From: Sphagnum compactum
Lineage: Eukaryota
Reading direction: 5' to 3'
DNA length: 64,000 nt
Assembly (NCBI GenBank): GCA_965153455.1
Contig: OZ234494.1
Span: forward strand, 2,418,001-2,482,000
Every line of letters starts with the position of its first letter. Position 1 is the first letter of the stretch. A program made the position numbers and the translations under genes. Below, in pieces: positions 1 to 14,040 of this stretch. The notes below the pieces were generated by a model. It worked only from the letters and a program-made list of their open reading frames with translations. It did no database searches and was not told the DNA's origin.

Positions 1-3000
1 GCCTACACAACGGAAGCATACATAAAATGGCTGAGAAAACCAAAGTGGTTGAGATTAGGTTGGCACAATTATGCTCTCACTTCTACTCATACCAAATCCA
101 ATTACTACTAGCAACATTTCACTTACCCTCCACCAATACACATATGCATCTTTCCTCAAGCATTGTTGATCTTGGTAACGCGTATAAGGTGTTTTATGGT
201 GTGAGCTAGCTACAAGCTCCAATTTTTTCTACAAGCTCCAATTTTTTCAACATGGTTATAGGATTTATCAATAATTTTTGTTTTCTTCATATACTTGGGA
301 ACTTTGCATATCGATTTTGTGTTTGTGTTGATCACCTTTCAGTCATTCATGGAAATGACTTATTTTCTTCAACTTGTGTAAAATGTCGCATTTTGTTTTG
401 TGATTATCACACACTAAATCAATATGTTCATATTCATACTTAATATCTTTTTGGTATTTTTTTTTCTTAATATCTTGAAATTTTAGTCATTGATGAAAAA
501 AGTGGTTGATATTCGTCTTGTTAGATGAGATCGATGTGTTCAAATGGACGCAAATTATGCATGTCATGTCATTTTTAACACCTCGTTTGTTGATGAGAAT
601 TTCCATCTTTACTTATGTTCATCACCATGTTTGGCCTAGGCTAGTTGTTAGGGCATGAATTATGGGGACATAGTCAACCAAGCTTTAAAATCTTATGAGT
701 TTTCATTTGCAAATTGATTCATTCCATTTCATGCCAAACGCACAAATTTGGAACGCACAAAATTTTGTCTCAAAGAGTTACAAACTACAATGTCCATGTG
801 AAAATATAGTGATGCACTACTTGAATCGCTTCAACATTAATCTTTTTTTAAAAAAATGTTAGCGCATTGAGTTGAAAATTTTAGAAAATCAATCAAAACA
901 AAAGTTGTGCATTCTTCAATGCAAGTTCAAGGCAAATTGCACTAGTTGCATTTTAAATGCTTGTATGTTAGATTTGAAGGTTTGAACATTTAACAAATGA
1001 CATTCCATAAATAGAGTGGACAATTGCATGCATGATTTAACATACCTTTATCTCTACCAAATAATATTATATTTAATTTTACATCCAAAAAATCGGAAAT
1101 GAAAAAATCCATATGAGATCCACCGAACCGGGATGCTTTAGATCGCGTTCCTGGTGCCTATGGAAAGCTGAGGAGGAGGAGGAGGAGGAGGGGTGCATTG
1201 GCTTGGTTTCATGGTGTTTGGACTTGCGGTGTAGAAGTTCTTGAATATTGAGTGATTTTTTCACTAGAAATTAAATTAAATTAAATTAAATCGTAGCTGA
1301 AAATTCTGGAGGGATTGGAATGTGCCTTTGGTGTCGTTGGAAAGATCTTGATGAGCAGGATTTAATAAAATTTATTTGGTGAGATTCGGATTCAGAATGT
1401 GGAAGATATTGATTTTTTAAGTGATTTTCTACGGATGAAAATTCAAATAAAATCCAAAAATAACCAGGTTTTCAGAAGGGAAAAATCAGTTGAGGACGTG
1501 GTAATTAGAAAAAATATATTACAAACTTGTATGCCATGATTTAAGCAAATGTAGTTGCGTGATTTGTTTTTTCATATGTGTTTATTGTTTAGACACAAAT
1601 GTCATACATCTAAAACATGTACAAAACACATATAAATAAAACACAAAATTTTCATGTGCAAAATATATTTTGCATCAATATTATAAAATTATTGAATTGT
1701 GACTTAGGAAGTTTGTGAGGAATTGCAATATAATAAATAAATCAATGCAAAAACCAAACCCACACTATAGGAAATCACATGATGATAATAATGTCTTCTA
1801 AGTTTGTCGCTTTAAAACTTGATAAAGAAGCCAAAATGGCTTTTTATTGGATAGGGAGTAAGGGGTGAAGAGGGGTGAGGGTGGTTTTGGGCGCAAGTTA
1901 CAAGAGACTTTGTCAAGGTGAAACCAAAATCATCCTAAAATTGAAACTATAAGGTTCTACAAAAATTAGCCCTAACAAACCTAGAACAATTGGTGAAGAA
2001 ATTGACTCACACCTAGAACCAACAAATTTTATTTATCGAAAACATTAACTAGGTCTACCAAAAATTAAAGGGTTTAATTTATTTTTAAATACAATTTTTA
2101 AATTTTTAAATTAAAAAAAAAAAAAACCTTAAACTTGAATGCAAAGGTTCGAATAAAAATCAAGATTCGACCAACACTAGGTGCTACTTGTTTTCAAAGA
2201 TCCAAACATTTACATTCCGAAAATTGTAAGGCATCATTATTATTTGAAAAACCTGTCTTGTGATTATTTTTTATGAGCACTAATGCGATCATTGTGAGTG
2301 CCACAATTTGAAGAGGCACATGAAAAGCTAACACGCCAAAAGTCTTATTTGCATCAATGAAACTTTAGATCCAACCTTGAGGACAACCTTTCCCTCACGT
2401 TTTCAATCTCATATGAGCTCAATCTAGTTTTGTTATTCTCATCATCCCTTGCTTCATGTTGGTTAAATTTTTATAAAAAAATTTTAAATGTGTAAACTTT
2501 GAACCCAATTGTTTGGATTTAGATATCATGGAAAAGTAAATTAAACTCAATGTCATTTCTATGCAAAAACATTATGTTCACCTTTAAATTATAGTATAGT
2601 GCAATATTTTTTAAGATCATAAGCATTTCAAAATCTTAAATTTTATTGTATTGAATATTTGTTTATTGAGGATTGTTAAGGACTTAATCGTTGTCTTGGA
2701 TTGATTCTTATTATCCTGTTGCCACCTTCCCAAATAATCTAATTTAATTACTTTATTTTCAAAATACAAATATAACTAATGTAAAATATCCATTAATGAT
2801 AGGTATTTGAAAAACATATTACTTCAAAATGCATTGTTTTCCATAGAACTCTTGGTCCAATTTCACCCAATCTATGTTGTGTGGGTATTTAATTTGTTAT
2901 TAACCCTTGGTTCCATTCTTTTTGAAAATTTGAAATAAAAAACCATGGGTTTTACATTTTTGAAAGAAAAAAATCAGCACCATCAATTCTTTTTATTTTG

Positions 3001-3901
3001 ATAACATAGTTTGACCAAGATTACCTATGTCACAAACTACATAATTATATCTCACTTTGTCATAAATAAGACTTCTATTTTTTTTTTAAAAAGAACTTAA
3101 TCAAAATAAATAAATAAATAAAAAGAGTATTGATATAAAAATGAATTTTTAAATATTCAAAAAAATTGGAGGTTTTCACCAAAGACTAGCAAAAAAAACT
3201 AAAATTTTCTAGATACCTACACACCTTGGTAACCTATCGTATAAAGGATAGGTCATCTAGGGTAGATTAGGTAGAATAATATGTACATACTATGTAAGTA
3301 GATGCATATATAGATGGTCAATACATAGTTATTGGGTTGTAGGTAGGTGGGTAGTAGAAACAAAAAGATAGATGGGTTTTGGTTCAATTTCATTTCACAA
3401 TCAATTGAACTAAAACCCATATTTTCTTTTCATTTGATTTTTGTACCAAACATTATGATTTACCATGTGCATTTGAGAAGAGGCGAAATGCTTCTTTATT
3501 GAAACTATATTAAGTATTGAATTTGATAACGTAAGTACTTGGAAAAATCTTCTATTGTGTTTGGAGGGTACCTTATATCCATGGGGCCTTCAAACAATTG
3601 AATGGATCTCCATCAATAAACTCCAACTATTGCATCTTGTTGACAAAAAATATACATTTAAGGAGATTGCTAGTCCAAATGTTGGTAGCAATTTGTAAGA
3701 AAATGTGAACAATCAATCAAGCACATTGAGAATGTCTAAATAACAAGCTTTTAAGTATTATTGCATCTTTTAGGGTTACAACTCTTTGCTTACATTCATC
3801 ATACTTAACCACAAGCAAATGTAATTTGCAAGTGTCCATTAGTCTAGTCCTAACATGATATCATTGACATTCATCATGCTACCATCTACTAACCATGTCC
3901 A

Positions 3902-4142
3902 ACAATACAATTCTATTTTCGTTTTCACAATATATTGTTTCATTGGTAAACAATTTAAACAAAATGGACAAGTAATGTGCTACAACACAATTCTATTTTC
4001 GTATTCACAATGTATTGCTTCATTGGTAAACAATTTAAACAAAATGGACAAGTAATGTGCTACAACACAATTCTATTTTCGTTTTCACAATGTATTGTTT
4101 CATTGGTAAACAATTTAAACAAAATGGACAAGTATTGTGCTA
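3902..4142. repeat. 80-bp tandem repeat, 3 copies
   Basis: Unit CAACACAATTCTATTTTCG...GGACAAGTAATGTGCTA. The TTCTATTTTC anchor recurs at 3911, 3991 and 4071. Confidence 0.95.
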
Positions 4143-7100
4143 GAGCCTAGAACCTTGTCTTTAAGTAGTTAGGCTTGTTACCCATTGATTATTTGTTCAC
4201 TCAAAATAACTAAGAAATAAAATTCAGATCACCAATTTTAGCAATCTCATTGGCCTACAAAAACCCTATTTTGTTAAACATTGAAAATAATGGTCCCGTT
4301 AGAGCATTTCCATTGATCCTTTTAAATTCTCACAAACCTAGCGAAGCTTGAGCAAAGCCTATTATATATTGAACTATCACTTCACCCAAGTTAACTAAGG
4401 AAAAAAAACTCAAACCACCAAATCTAGCAATTTCATTGGTCATAACATTTTTTCTACACATCTACACATAAGCCTATTCAACACCCTCTCTATATATTAG
4501 TACATTAATACTATAACCTTTTTATATATACAAATAGGGCTAATCAACCTAAAATTTTCCCAAGGATGGGGAAATGTTGATAGGTTTGCCACAAATATTG
4601 AAAACAACACAAGGAAATAATGACGTAAGAAACCAATAATGTTTATGGAATGAAACGAATGAATTATATGGCAAACAAAATTATTGTGATTATTTTGAAA
4701 TTGTGAAGATATTGTGGACAACACATGGTGATTATTTTGAATTTTCATATTTATGTTTTAGTCTTGGATATTTCATATAAAAAAATGATTTTCTTGGAAT
4801 GGTGGTAATTTGGAATCACAAAATACAGAATGTAAGCCATGGCATCAAAGTTTTTGTGTGTGCAAAATTCCATCAAAATATGAAAAATGAAAATAAAGAT
4901 GGAATATTTTATTGCAATATTCCCATTGGAGAGGACCAGATCCCAAATTTTGAAAAACATAAATCGAAACCAATTTGTCACACTTTGAACTTTTGAAATT
5001 ATTTTACATTGAGCATTTTAAAACCATTTTAAAAAATTATTTAGACAATTCCAAAAACATGTCACAATTTAATGTTAAATCCCTTTTGGAATGTAGCCAA
5101 CGACGCAAAATTTGATTTTCTTTTTTAAAATTGCTTCTTTGCATCTACAATAAATTCAAAACTCATTCCAAAAGGCTTAGAACACCATAAGTGCAAGGGC
5201 AATATATTGTAAAATTTGGGCACCATCACGTCATTGATTTGGATGATGAGATGGATTGGTTTGAACCAATGAGCCATGCATTCATCCATTAGGGTAGAAC
5301 GCTTGCAGCCTTCCTCAAAAGGGCATGAACTCTACAAATTTTCAAAGAACAAATTATTATTATTATTTTGTTGTTGTCTTGTTTTTATAATTCTATGAAC
5401 TTGACACGTTTTTCAATGTTTTGCAATAAAAAAAAATCTATAAAACCTACCATGATTTTTTTTTTTCAAAATCTAAGAATGATGGAGGAGTTTAAAAAAT
5501 GGAAAAGAAATGTAAAATTATCTTTGCATTCATGGGATCCAAAAATTTAAAGCATGTCAAAAAGTAGTGTTTTCCTTTTCAATTTTGTGATGTAGCCAAA
5601 TTGATGTTCATCAATAACAAAAGGACTTAGCCAAATTTGGTTATAGACTATAGATGAAAGCAAAAAAATAAAAAATAATCCTTTAATATTTTGGCTACCC
5701 ATTGAAACCTATTGTAGAAATTTGGCAATTATTATTTTTCCTTTGATAGATGGTGAATTAGGGCCATAATTCCACAAAAATCCTTTTGAGTGTTTTAATG
5801 TCATATTTTTTAAGTTGGAAAAATGCTAGCTAAAATTATCCCCAAAAAATATATATTTCAATTTTCTCTAGTCAATAATTATTTTTTAGTGATCATTAAT
5901 TGAACCGAAAAAAATTTAAAAATATTTCAGGTCTCATACCTATGGATGGACCAAAAGGATTGTAAATTAAGTACATGTATAGGTATTTGATGAAAATTTC
6001 ACATACATTCAAATATTGTCAGTCGGTTTTTTGTAGTGCATTAGGAGAAGCATATTCAAGAAAATATTTTTGGTTCCATCAATTTTGGTTCTAGTTAAGT
6101 TTCTAGTCCAATTCCACACATTAATATAATTGGGAACGAGGTTTTGGGTCTGGTTCTTAAAAAAATCCAATTCCAATTCCACTTCTAGTTCACAAAATCA
6201 AACCTAGTTCCAATTTGGTGCCATGATGGGTTTCATACAATAGACAAAACCACTTTGATGGATTGAAGGACAATTGTTTTTTTTAAATGCAAAAAACAAT
6301 TGGCAAAAATTCTGTCCATTGCTAGACATCATATTTTTTGTGACAACAAAAACATGGCAAATTTTAGAAAAATTAGTCAAATTTAGTTCACTAGGAAAAA
6401 AAAAAACTTCCAAAAACTTCCCAAACTTTTGGTAAAAAAATGGAAAATTGTGTGCCAAAAACTAAAATGATCAATGTTAGAGACTAACAATTCTAATGAC
6501 TAGTAAGAGAGGAGTAGCTTCAATGCATGTCTATCAATTAAGTAAATACTTTTGAAGATTTCATGTCATAAAACAATCCAAACCATTTTCTATTTTCTTG
6601 CACAAAACTTTGGCATTTGAAAAAAATAAAATTGTTGAAATTCAATGGACTTGAATTCAAATCAATCAAATCAAAATTTAATTCAAGTTGCATTGCAATG
6701 TTGTTCACATTTAAATTTCATAAGAAGGCATTAGTGTCTCTCGCTTCAAGAACATTAATTAATTTATTTTTATTCAATAAAAATTTCTTATTTTATTTTT
6801 GTTTTTTCTATGCTTTTAATCTTAATGTAACTAAGGAAAATTTATTACACGTTACACATTGCATCACATCATTATTACCCTTTGGCCAAAATTCATTTAT
6901 ATCAAAATTATTTCAATGTGTCATGTTATTGATATATGAACATGTGTTGTTTAATTAAACTTCATATGAATATGTTGACATTGTTCGAAAGATTGTTAAT
7001 GAAGGACCAGATGTCATTGTAAAAAATGAGAATGGAAAAATGTTTTTTGCATTTAACATATGAAAACAACCATGATAGAATCATTTCAATATTATGCATA

Positions 7101-10100
7101 GTACCCAATCTCCTCGTTATTTATTTTCTTGTTTCATATATCATAAATTGTACAAATTTGTGTGATTTTTTTCAATTATGTATATATTATGTGGCAATTA
7201 TATGCAAAAATGAAAAGAGGGAGCAAATATGAACACGTATTATGAATTTGGTCAATCCAATGAAAATGTGATTCAAACACAAAATAAGAATGAAACTAAC
7301 TATACAAGTAGAAATATTAAAATTGTGTTTTCATCATGTAAATTGTGATTTTTAGTGGAACATTTTTCGTCATGCTTCTTTTATGTTTCACCATGCACAT
7401 TTCCCTTCCCCCTTCATTGTGGTTTGCAATCATTTAAGGTGTTGCACAACAAATGATGTTCATCTCATCATGTGTTTGAATAATTTGATTAAGTTTTACA
7501 TATCACATTTTGTTATTATATAACACAAGCCATATGATATTAACCTATTTATACTCTCCAAGCATGTTTTAAATGACATGAATATTTATATTTCAAAAGA
7601 AAGAAAGAAAAACCTAAATGTTTAAACCCTACATATTTGCCAAACTATTTTAACAAAATGAAGCAAAACAATTTTACAAATTGAAACTGCAATAACACAA
7701 AAAAAATGATCAGATAATGGTTGAACAAATATGTTTGTGAATAATATTAGTTTTGGAATTCACATTTGACATTTTGTTGTGTCATAAAATCAATTTTCAA
7801 CAAAATTGAATAAGGATTTATGAATGTTTACAAAACATTATACATGCAAAATGTCATTTGATCATTGTTACAAAGTTGCATACATAATATGAATAAATAA
7901 ATAAAAATAACTTTGTACATGTCTTGTGATGAAATCAATGGCTATTAACAATCCATTTGGATAATGGCAAGTTTGACAATCCAATTTTTCCTATCATAAA
8001 TATATAAAAAACCTTTGCATGAATATTTTATAGAATAAAAATGATCCTTCTATATATTCACGATCAATTGAGTTTGTGGCCTTTTCATTAGTATTTGGGA
8101 AATTCATTAATTAAAAATTCAATTTGGAACATCATTAGTTATATGGGTAGATGGTCAACATCATCCTTACAAATGTCAATACATGTTGATAAATCCTAAT
8201 AAACATTTGCAATATAAAAATCAATAAATTAAAATTATCTTAGATTGTAAAAGAAGATAAAATATGAAAATGTTATCATAAACAAGCATGAGTTGATGAG
8301 ATCATGAAATGGTTTGTTTGTATTTTAAAACTCATTTTGTGATCCGTGTCCCTTATGCAAATATGACCTACTAAAAAAGTTAAATCCATCTTTTTAGTTC
8401 ATAATTTATTATAAATGGAAATCATTTTTATATTGACATTTTATTTATTACCATAGTACTTTGGTATTTTCACATTAATTCTATTATTTGTAAAAATGTT
8501 GTAATAATTTAATTGTTTTTTCAAAAAACATTGTGAAGAAAAACATATAATCTTTTGAAATATTCAAAGATATTTTAATATTTTTGACATGAAAAATTCA
8601 ATTTTCATTAATTATTTTACAAGCGCATGTTAAAGTTACCTTTGTATTAAATTAATCAAAATTATTAAACAATCTTGAAGATGTTATGGATCCATTAAAT
8701 CATCCCATGAATATGTTGTAGGGGTTACACAATTCTCACAATGTGTCATTAATTGAATTTAATGCATGGGAGGATGAATGATTTGTTACTTTAGAAAGTT
8801 TATAACAAAGAAAAATGAAAAAAAAAAGTGATAGAAAAGAAATTTTAAAAAATGATTTAATTTGTGTGAAAATTTACAACCAATGTTTACAAATTGTGTG
8901 CAAATTAAAATGAACAATAATTTTAAAACCATAAAAGATGATGAATTGAACTTGATATTTTTATGTAGTTGAAACATGTTCAAAGTTTAATTCTTGATTT
9001 CAAATTTTGCATTATGTAAGGATTAATATTTTTGTTGAATCAACTGCATATTAATTGTAAATCACATGTCTTTCAACTTACTATCACTATGTATGACAAC
9101 AAGGTCTTAAAAGCCTTGAGATTCCTTCATCCATATTGTTATTTAAGCATGATTCACATCCAAATGCATTTATGTTTGACTTTTGCATCAACAATTACAT
9201 TTTAAAGCTTAATGGCTTATTAAATAATAAACTATTTATGTTCTAAAATATGAATATTAAATTATAAATTAAACTATTTGACCTACACATCATGATTGCA
9301 AATTGTTTTAAATGTCCTAAATTTCAATATTTTCTATCATATGAAAAAAACAACATGTATTCATGTATTTTAAACCATTAAACCACCTTTACTCCTTCTT
9401 TTTATTATCCTTAAAACATCACACACAAAGCTTTTAACAAAAGAGGTCAAAATTTTTAGTCCTTTAGGTCCTTTCTTTTTTCTTCCCCATTTTGTCAAGA
9501 CTAATTTTCTCCCACAAGCTACCATCAAGAATTATCCCCTTAGCTTTAAAAACCGAAGTGCATTCTCCCCATTTTACTATTTCCATGGCTCTCTTTTTCT
9601 TGCAAAATTTCCCCACCACCATCTCCATGCCACCTCCTTCTCATTCTAGCATTCACGTTCACCAAAAGTTGGAAAAAGTGGAGAAGCTCCATTCATAGTT
9701 TTTGAAGGGACTTTTAGAAAAAGCTTCATATTCCAAGTTTGCGATCTTGTTCAAGTGGCAATCATTCATAAGAATATTTAGACAAGTTTGGTGATATTAA
9801 AAGTATGAAAGTAAAAAAATCTTAAATACCTTTTCATGTTGTTGGCAATTGTGGTGATTTTTGAAATTTTAACATAACATTAAATTAAATTAAATTAAAT
9901 TAAAGAAATATTTTTCACGAAAACAAGGAAATTGTGATAAATAATCCTTCTTCTTCAAGATATTTTTCAAAAAATGGCAAAAAAAAGTTGTCACAAAAAA
10001 AAAGTCACTCTTGGTGGAGGAGAGGTTTAAAAATCATATTAGTTTGAACATAATATCATCAATGAATATGCAAATATTTGAACTTAAGAACTACTTGGCA

Positions 10101-10440
10101 AAGTTCAAAATTGTTTTTTGTGAATTCATTTAAAACTTTTAAAACATTTTTTGACCACACCTATGGTTTGTGAAATACATATAGGATCTTTGAAGTCTCT
10201 ATGTAGACTTCATTGACATTCTAATTGGAAAATGGGTCCCAAATCCGCTTCGGAATCTACTTTGAGTGTGTATGTGAACTTCATTGGTTGCACATTCTTG
10301 GGTGGAATCGAGCCTTGATCAAAATATTGAACTTATCCTTTAAAGGATGCCACCCAGGGTGCCCTATGTTTGTGAATCTTACATTGACCTTTGGTATTAT
10401 CCAAAACAAAAGGGGGTGCCATTTGTTGAGAGCCATGCCT

Positions 10441-10468
10441 TTTAGGGTTTAGGGTTTCACTTTTAGGG
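10441..10468 (+). repeat. Short interstitial plant telomere-like repeat (TTTAGGG)
   Basis: TTTAGGGTTTAGGGTTTCACTTTTAGGG, i.e. three TTTAGGG units. Confidence 0.6.
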
Positions 10469-11057
10469 TTGGGAATACCCTAACTCTAAAAGTATCTCCC
10501 CTGAACTTATGGCAAGAAATAAGTGATCTTCATGCAACATCTATAAAAAGAACTAATTAATTAATTAATTAGTTATGAATATTCCATTTCAAAAAGTAAA
10601 ACATTGCTGAATATTTTCAAAAGGTTTTTTTTTAATCTTTTTTCATTCATGAAAAGTTTTTCATTGAGAAAATATTTAATTGAATTATTTTTTTAAGCAT
10701 TTCCAAAAATATATATATAATTTGTGCCAAGGTACTATGACAAGTTACAACTAGTTTAAAAGATTAGAAGCTCTAAAACAAGTTACAAGCAAGAGGAGGC
10801 AAGTAATATAATACTTCATACGATTTTAAAGTCGATCTATTCTCATTAATTTATTAGGTATTTTCATTTTATTTCCTTCTTGTGTAATATTTTGGTTTTA
10901 ATTGAAATTTTAATGTTATGTTAAGTAATATAAAGTGTTTGCATTTAGTTTTTGGCACCTAGAGTCTAAAGTGTAATTATGATAAAAAATAAAATAAAAT
11001 AATGAAAATCTCATGGCATGGCCTTCATGTAATTTACACCTATATTTGTATCCGTAA

Positions 11058-11426
11058 GAGCATCTCCAACGGTGCTCAGTATGTGACTCCATACAGTACA
11101 ATTTATTGCGACAAAGTCAAAATGTGCCGGTTTAGCTCAGGAATTTGGTTTTTTCCTGCACCACAGTTGTGCAGCTTGCCGTGGCTGGTAAAAGGCGCAA
11201 CACAGTTGTGCACCTCCAAAAAAGAGTGTAATAATCTGGACCTGACTGCGGCTCCGTAATTCTGATTGGTCCATCATAATGATTGGTCCAGGTGGTTTGC
11301 TATTAATAGTTCCCACGCATATGCAGTTCCAGTTTTATTGGTGGGGTTGCCAAAAAAAAAAACAGCTCACTTAGACATTTAATTTTATTATCCAGAGTGA
11401 CATACTGAGCAGCGGTGGAGATGCTC
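11058..11426. mobile_element. Tourist-type MITE (PIF/Harbinger superfamily), 369 bp
   Basis: 32-bp TIRs GAGCATCTCCAACGGTGCTCAGTATGTGACTC (11058-11089) and 11395-11426 match at 29/32. TAA target-site duplication at 11055-11057 and 11427-11429. Confidence 0.93.
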
Positions 11427-11820
11427 TAAAACTATTAACATATGGTAGTGTGCCATTTTCACCACGATGACGTAAACTCAACTCGGGCTCCACTTGTGAA
11501 AGTCAAGCCCACTTGGCCTGACACATTGATGTAAAGTTATTTCATGTACACTTTATGTTTACGAAAAGCCCACTAGGCCCACTTTCAAAATGATTATGGA
11601 AAAATTGGGCCCACTTGTGAAGCCCACTTGGGCCACTTGTCTCATGACTATCGGATGAAAAAAAGAAGTTCGTTCTTTTCACACTTTATGTTCAGGAAAA
11701 AGAGTAATATACAACAAGGTCAGAGTGAACTAGCACATGCCATTACACCGTGCACAATGGATGTTATATGGATGGGAAACACTTTTTCATTGGTATATAT
11801 GCCCGTCCTAGAGGCAACCA

Positions 11821-11953
11821 TGGTTCCACTTTCGGTTCGCCTGGTTCCACTTTCGGTATGCCTGGTTCCACTTTCGGTTCGCCTGGTTCCACTTTTGGTT
11901 CTCCTGGTTCCACATTTGCGTCTCCCGGTTCCACTTTTGGTTCACCTGGTCCC
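11821..11953. repeat. 21-bp minisatellite, 6 full copies plus a partial
   Basis: Unit TGGTTCCACTTTCGGTTCGCC starts at 11821, 11842, 11863, 11884, 11905, 11926 and 11947. Confidence 0.95.
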
Positions 11954-13475
11954 AGTTCTGGAAGCCAGAATCGGCACTAGCCAGACCCACTCTGTAGTAC
12001 CACTTACATTACCACGTGTAAGTGGACCTGGTACTACTACTACTACTAACACTACTACTGTCCTCCCCTTGCTGACATTCAAAGGCCAATTATAAGCCCA
12101 GCTAAGCCACTAGCTAGCTGCCAGCTGGCAGAGGACAAGGCCAGGCCAACTCCCCAAAAAAAAAAAGGCCTTGTCACCAACGGCACGGAATTGTAAAAAG
12201 TTTGCCACGTGTCCTCCTTCAGTAAAGGACAAGTCTATGGTGGTTCCCATAGGAACGTTCCCTTGAGTTCCCAAGGGCCAAAAGTTGACGTGTATTGTTG
12301 GGTGGGTTGGGTGGATGATGTGCTGATGGTGGTGTTCTGGATGAATGTGCTGACGATGGCCGTTGGATCGTATTCCATTGACTACGATCCAACAGCCATC
12401 AATGCCACTCCATCCATTGGAAAAGAACGTTCCCAATATGACTCAGTTGTGGATAGATGGATGAACCGCAACCTGAGTTGACATTGGGTTTCACCTTGGT
12501 TACCCTATGTTGTTAAAAGGATTAGGATCATACGTCGTGTAAAAAGGGTAAAAGATAACAAAGTGATTAATTAGGTTATTATTGTTAATTGTGCATCATT
12601 TGTTGTTGAGTAAAATGGATTAAAATTTTTGGATGGATGAAAAATAGGTGGATGAAAGTAAACTTGTTATTGGGTAAAATAATGGGAGTAATAAGAAGGT
12701 AGATGGATGAGAAAATGGAGATCAGGGTAAAAAATTGTGTGAAGATAAAATTTGATTTTAGGGTAGAAAATGGAATTTAAGAAGATGGATGCAAAGAAGG
12801 GAGATCAAGCAAACTTGTGTACGTATAGGCAAAAATGGAATTGAGAAGTTGGATGGATGAAAAGAAGGAGATCGAGGCAAGGTTTTTTTTTTTTTTTTTT
12901 TTTGTATAGGTAATTTTAGTGTTGGGGGTAAAAATGGGAATTTAGAGAAGTAGGATGGATGAAAAATACGACGAAGGTAGGTTCATCCATTCTTGGATGG
13001 TTGTCATCCACAGGGGGTGCGCAAGAGCCTGGGGTGCGATGGAGGTTGTGTTGCTGCCGCTGCTCCGTCGTCGCCGTCGCTGGTTGTCTTCGTTGTTGTG
13101 GTTGCTGTGGAGGAGGAGGAGGAGGAGGAGGATCTCTTCTGGTCCTCGTACTTGTGTCCTTTTGTTGTTGTTGGTGTTGTTGTTGTTGATAGGCAGAGAA
13201 GAGACAGATAGAACGCACAGCAAGTAGCAACGCCCTATTTGCATTTGACTCGGTGGTGGTGGTGGTGGTTTCTCTCTTCGCTGAAACTCCTCCGTTTTTT
13301 TTCTCTTCGATAAAACCCAAAGAGTAGTACCTAGGAGGTGGAGGAGGAGGAGGAGGAGGAGAAGGTAGCGCCGTCTTCTTTTGTGTGTTTGTGTGGTTGC
13401 TTGGATCGGTGGCGGAAACGGGAAGCGCAAGCAAAAGAAAAAGAGCAACTCAACACAGAAGACTATACAAAGGGG

Positions 13476-14006
13476 ATGATGGAGAGCAGTATGGGAATCG
13501 ACATGGGTTTGTTGGACTTGGATCTCTTGCAGCTCCCTGACCTCCCTTCTTCACCTTCCCCTTCTTCTTCAAGCACTAGTCCCAAGCATTCTTTCTCCCA
13601 TGCCCGCCTTGATGACCTCTTTGCGCAATGGCTCTCTCTGCCGGACACCCAACGCCTGGTAGAACTCACTGTCCCCACCCCCCTCTGTCTCTGTCTCGCT
13701 CTGTCCACCCAGCCCATGACTCGTGCTTGCTTCTCGTAGATGGCGTGTTGGGTTGGTTTTTGACCTAAGTCTAGGATTGAAGGGCAGTCCGTAGTGGAGA
13801 TGTGTGGGAGTCAGGAAGACGAGGTGCTCGTGTTTGCAGTGTTTTGTGGTTGGTGATTTCAAACCCTTCTAGGTTTGAAGTCACCAACCCCGCAAGAGTG
13901 TTGTGGGGGAAACCCGAGAGAACAAGCAAGATCCTGTTTTCTTTGTGGGTTATTTTTCTCTCTCTAACCTGAGAAGATGGAGGAGAGAGCATTCAAAAGT
14001 GTTGGA

Positions 14007-14040
<34 letters not shown>

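Noticed and set aside
1..800. Possible decayed coding sequence on the minus strand at the window start
   Set aside because: Multiple stops, a small 19-bp duplication near 210-248, and no recognisable motif.
6600..9300. Very AT-rich stretch with short ORFs, possible ancient TE or gene
   Set aside because: I could not assemble a frame or recognise any motif by eye. A TBLASTX search would be needed.
11628..12095. ORFs over the 21-bp minisatellite (LVPLSVR, PGSTFGS and QKWNQ repeats; superficially FG-nucleoporin-like)
   Set aside because: Open frames on both strands follow trivially from a stop-free 21-bp unit. There is no convincing start, splice context or non-repetitive domain.
12916..13448. 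Overlapping 70-170 aa ORFs rich in poly-P, Q, R, L or E
   Set aside because: They arise from GGA/GTT/GGT triplet microsatellites in the PP2A B'' 5' leader and carry no domain signal.
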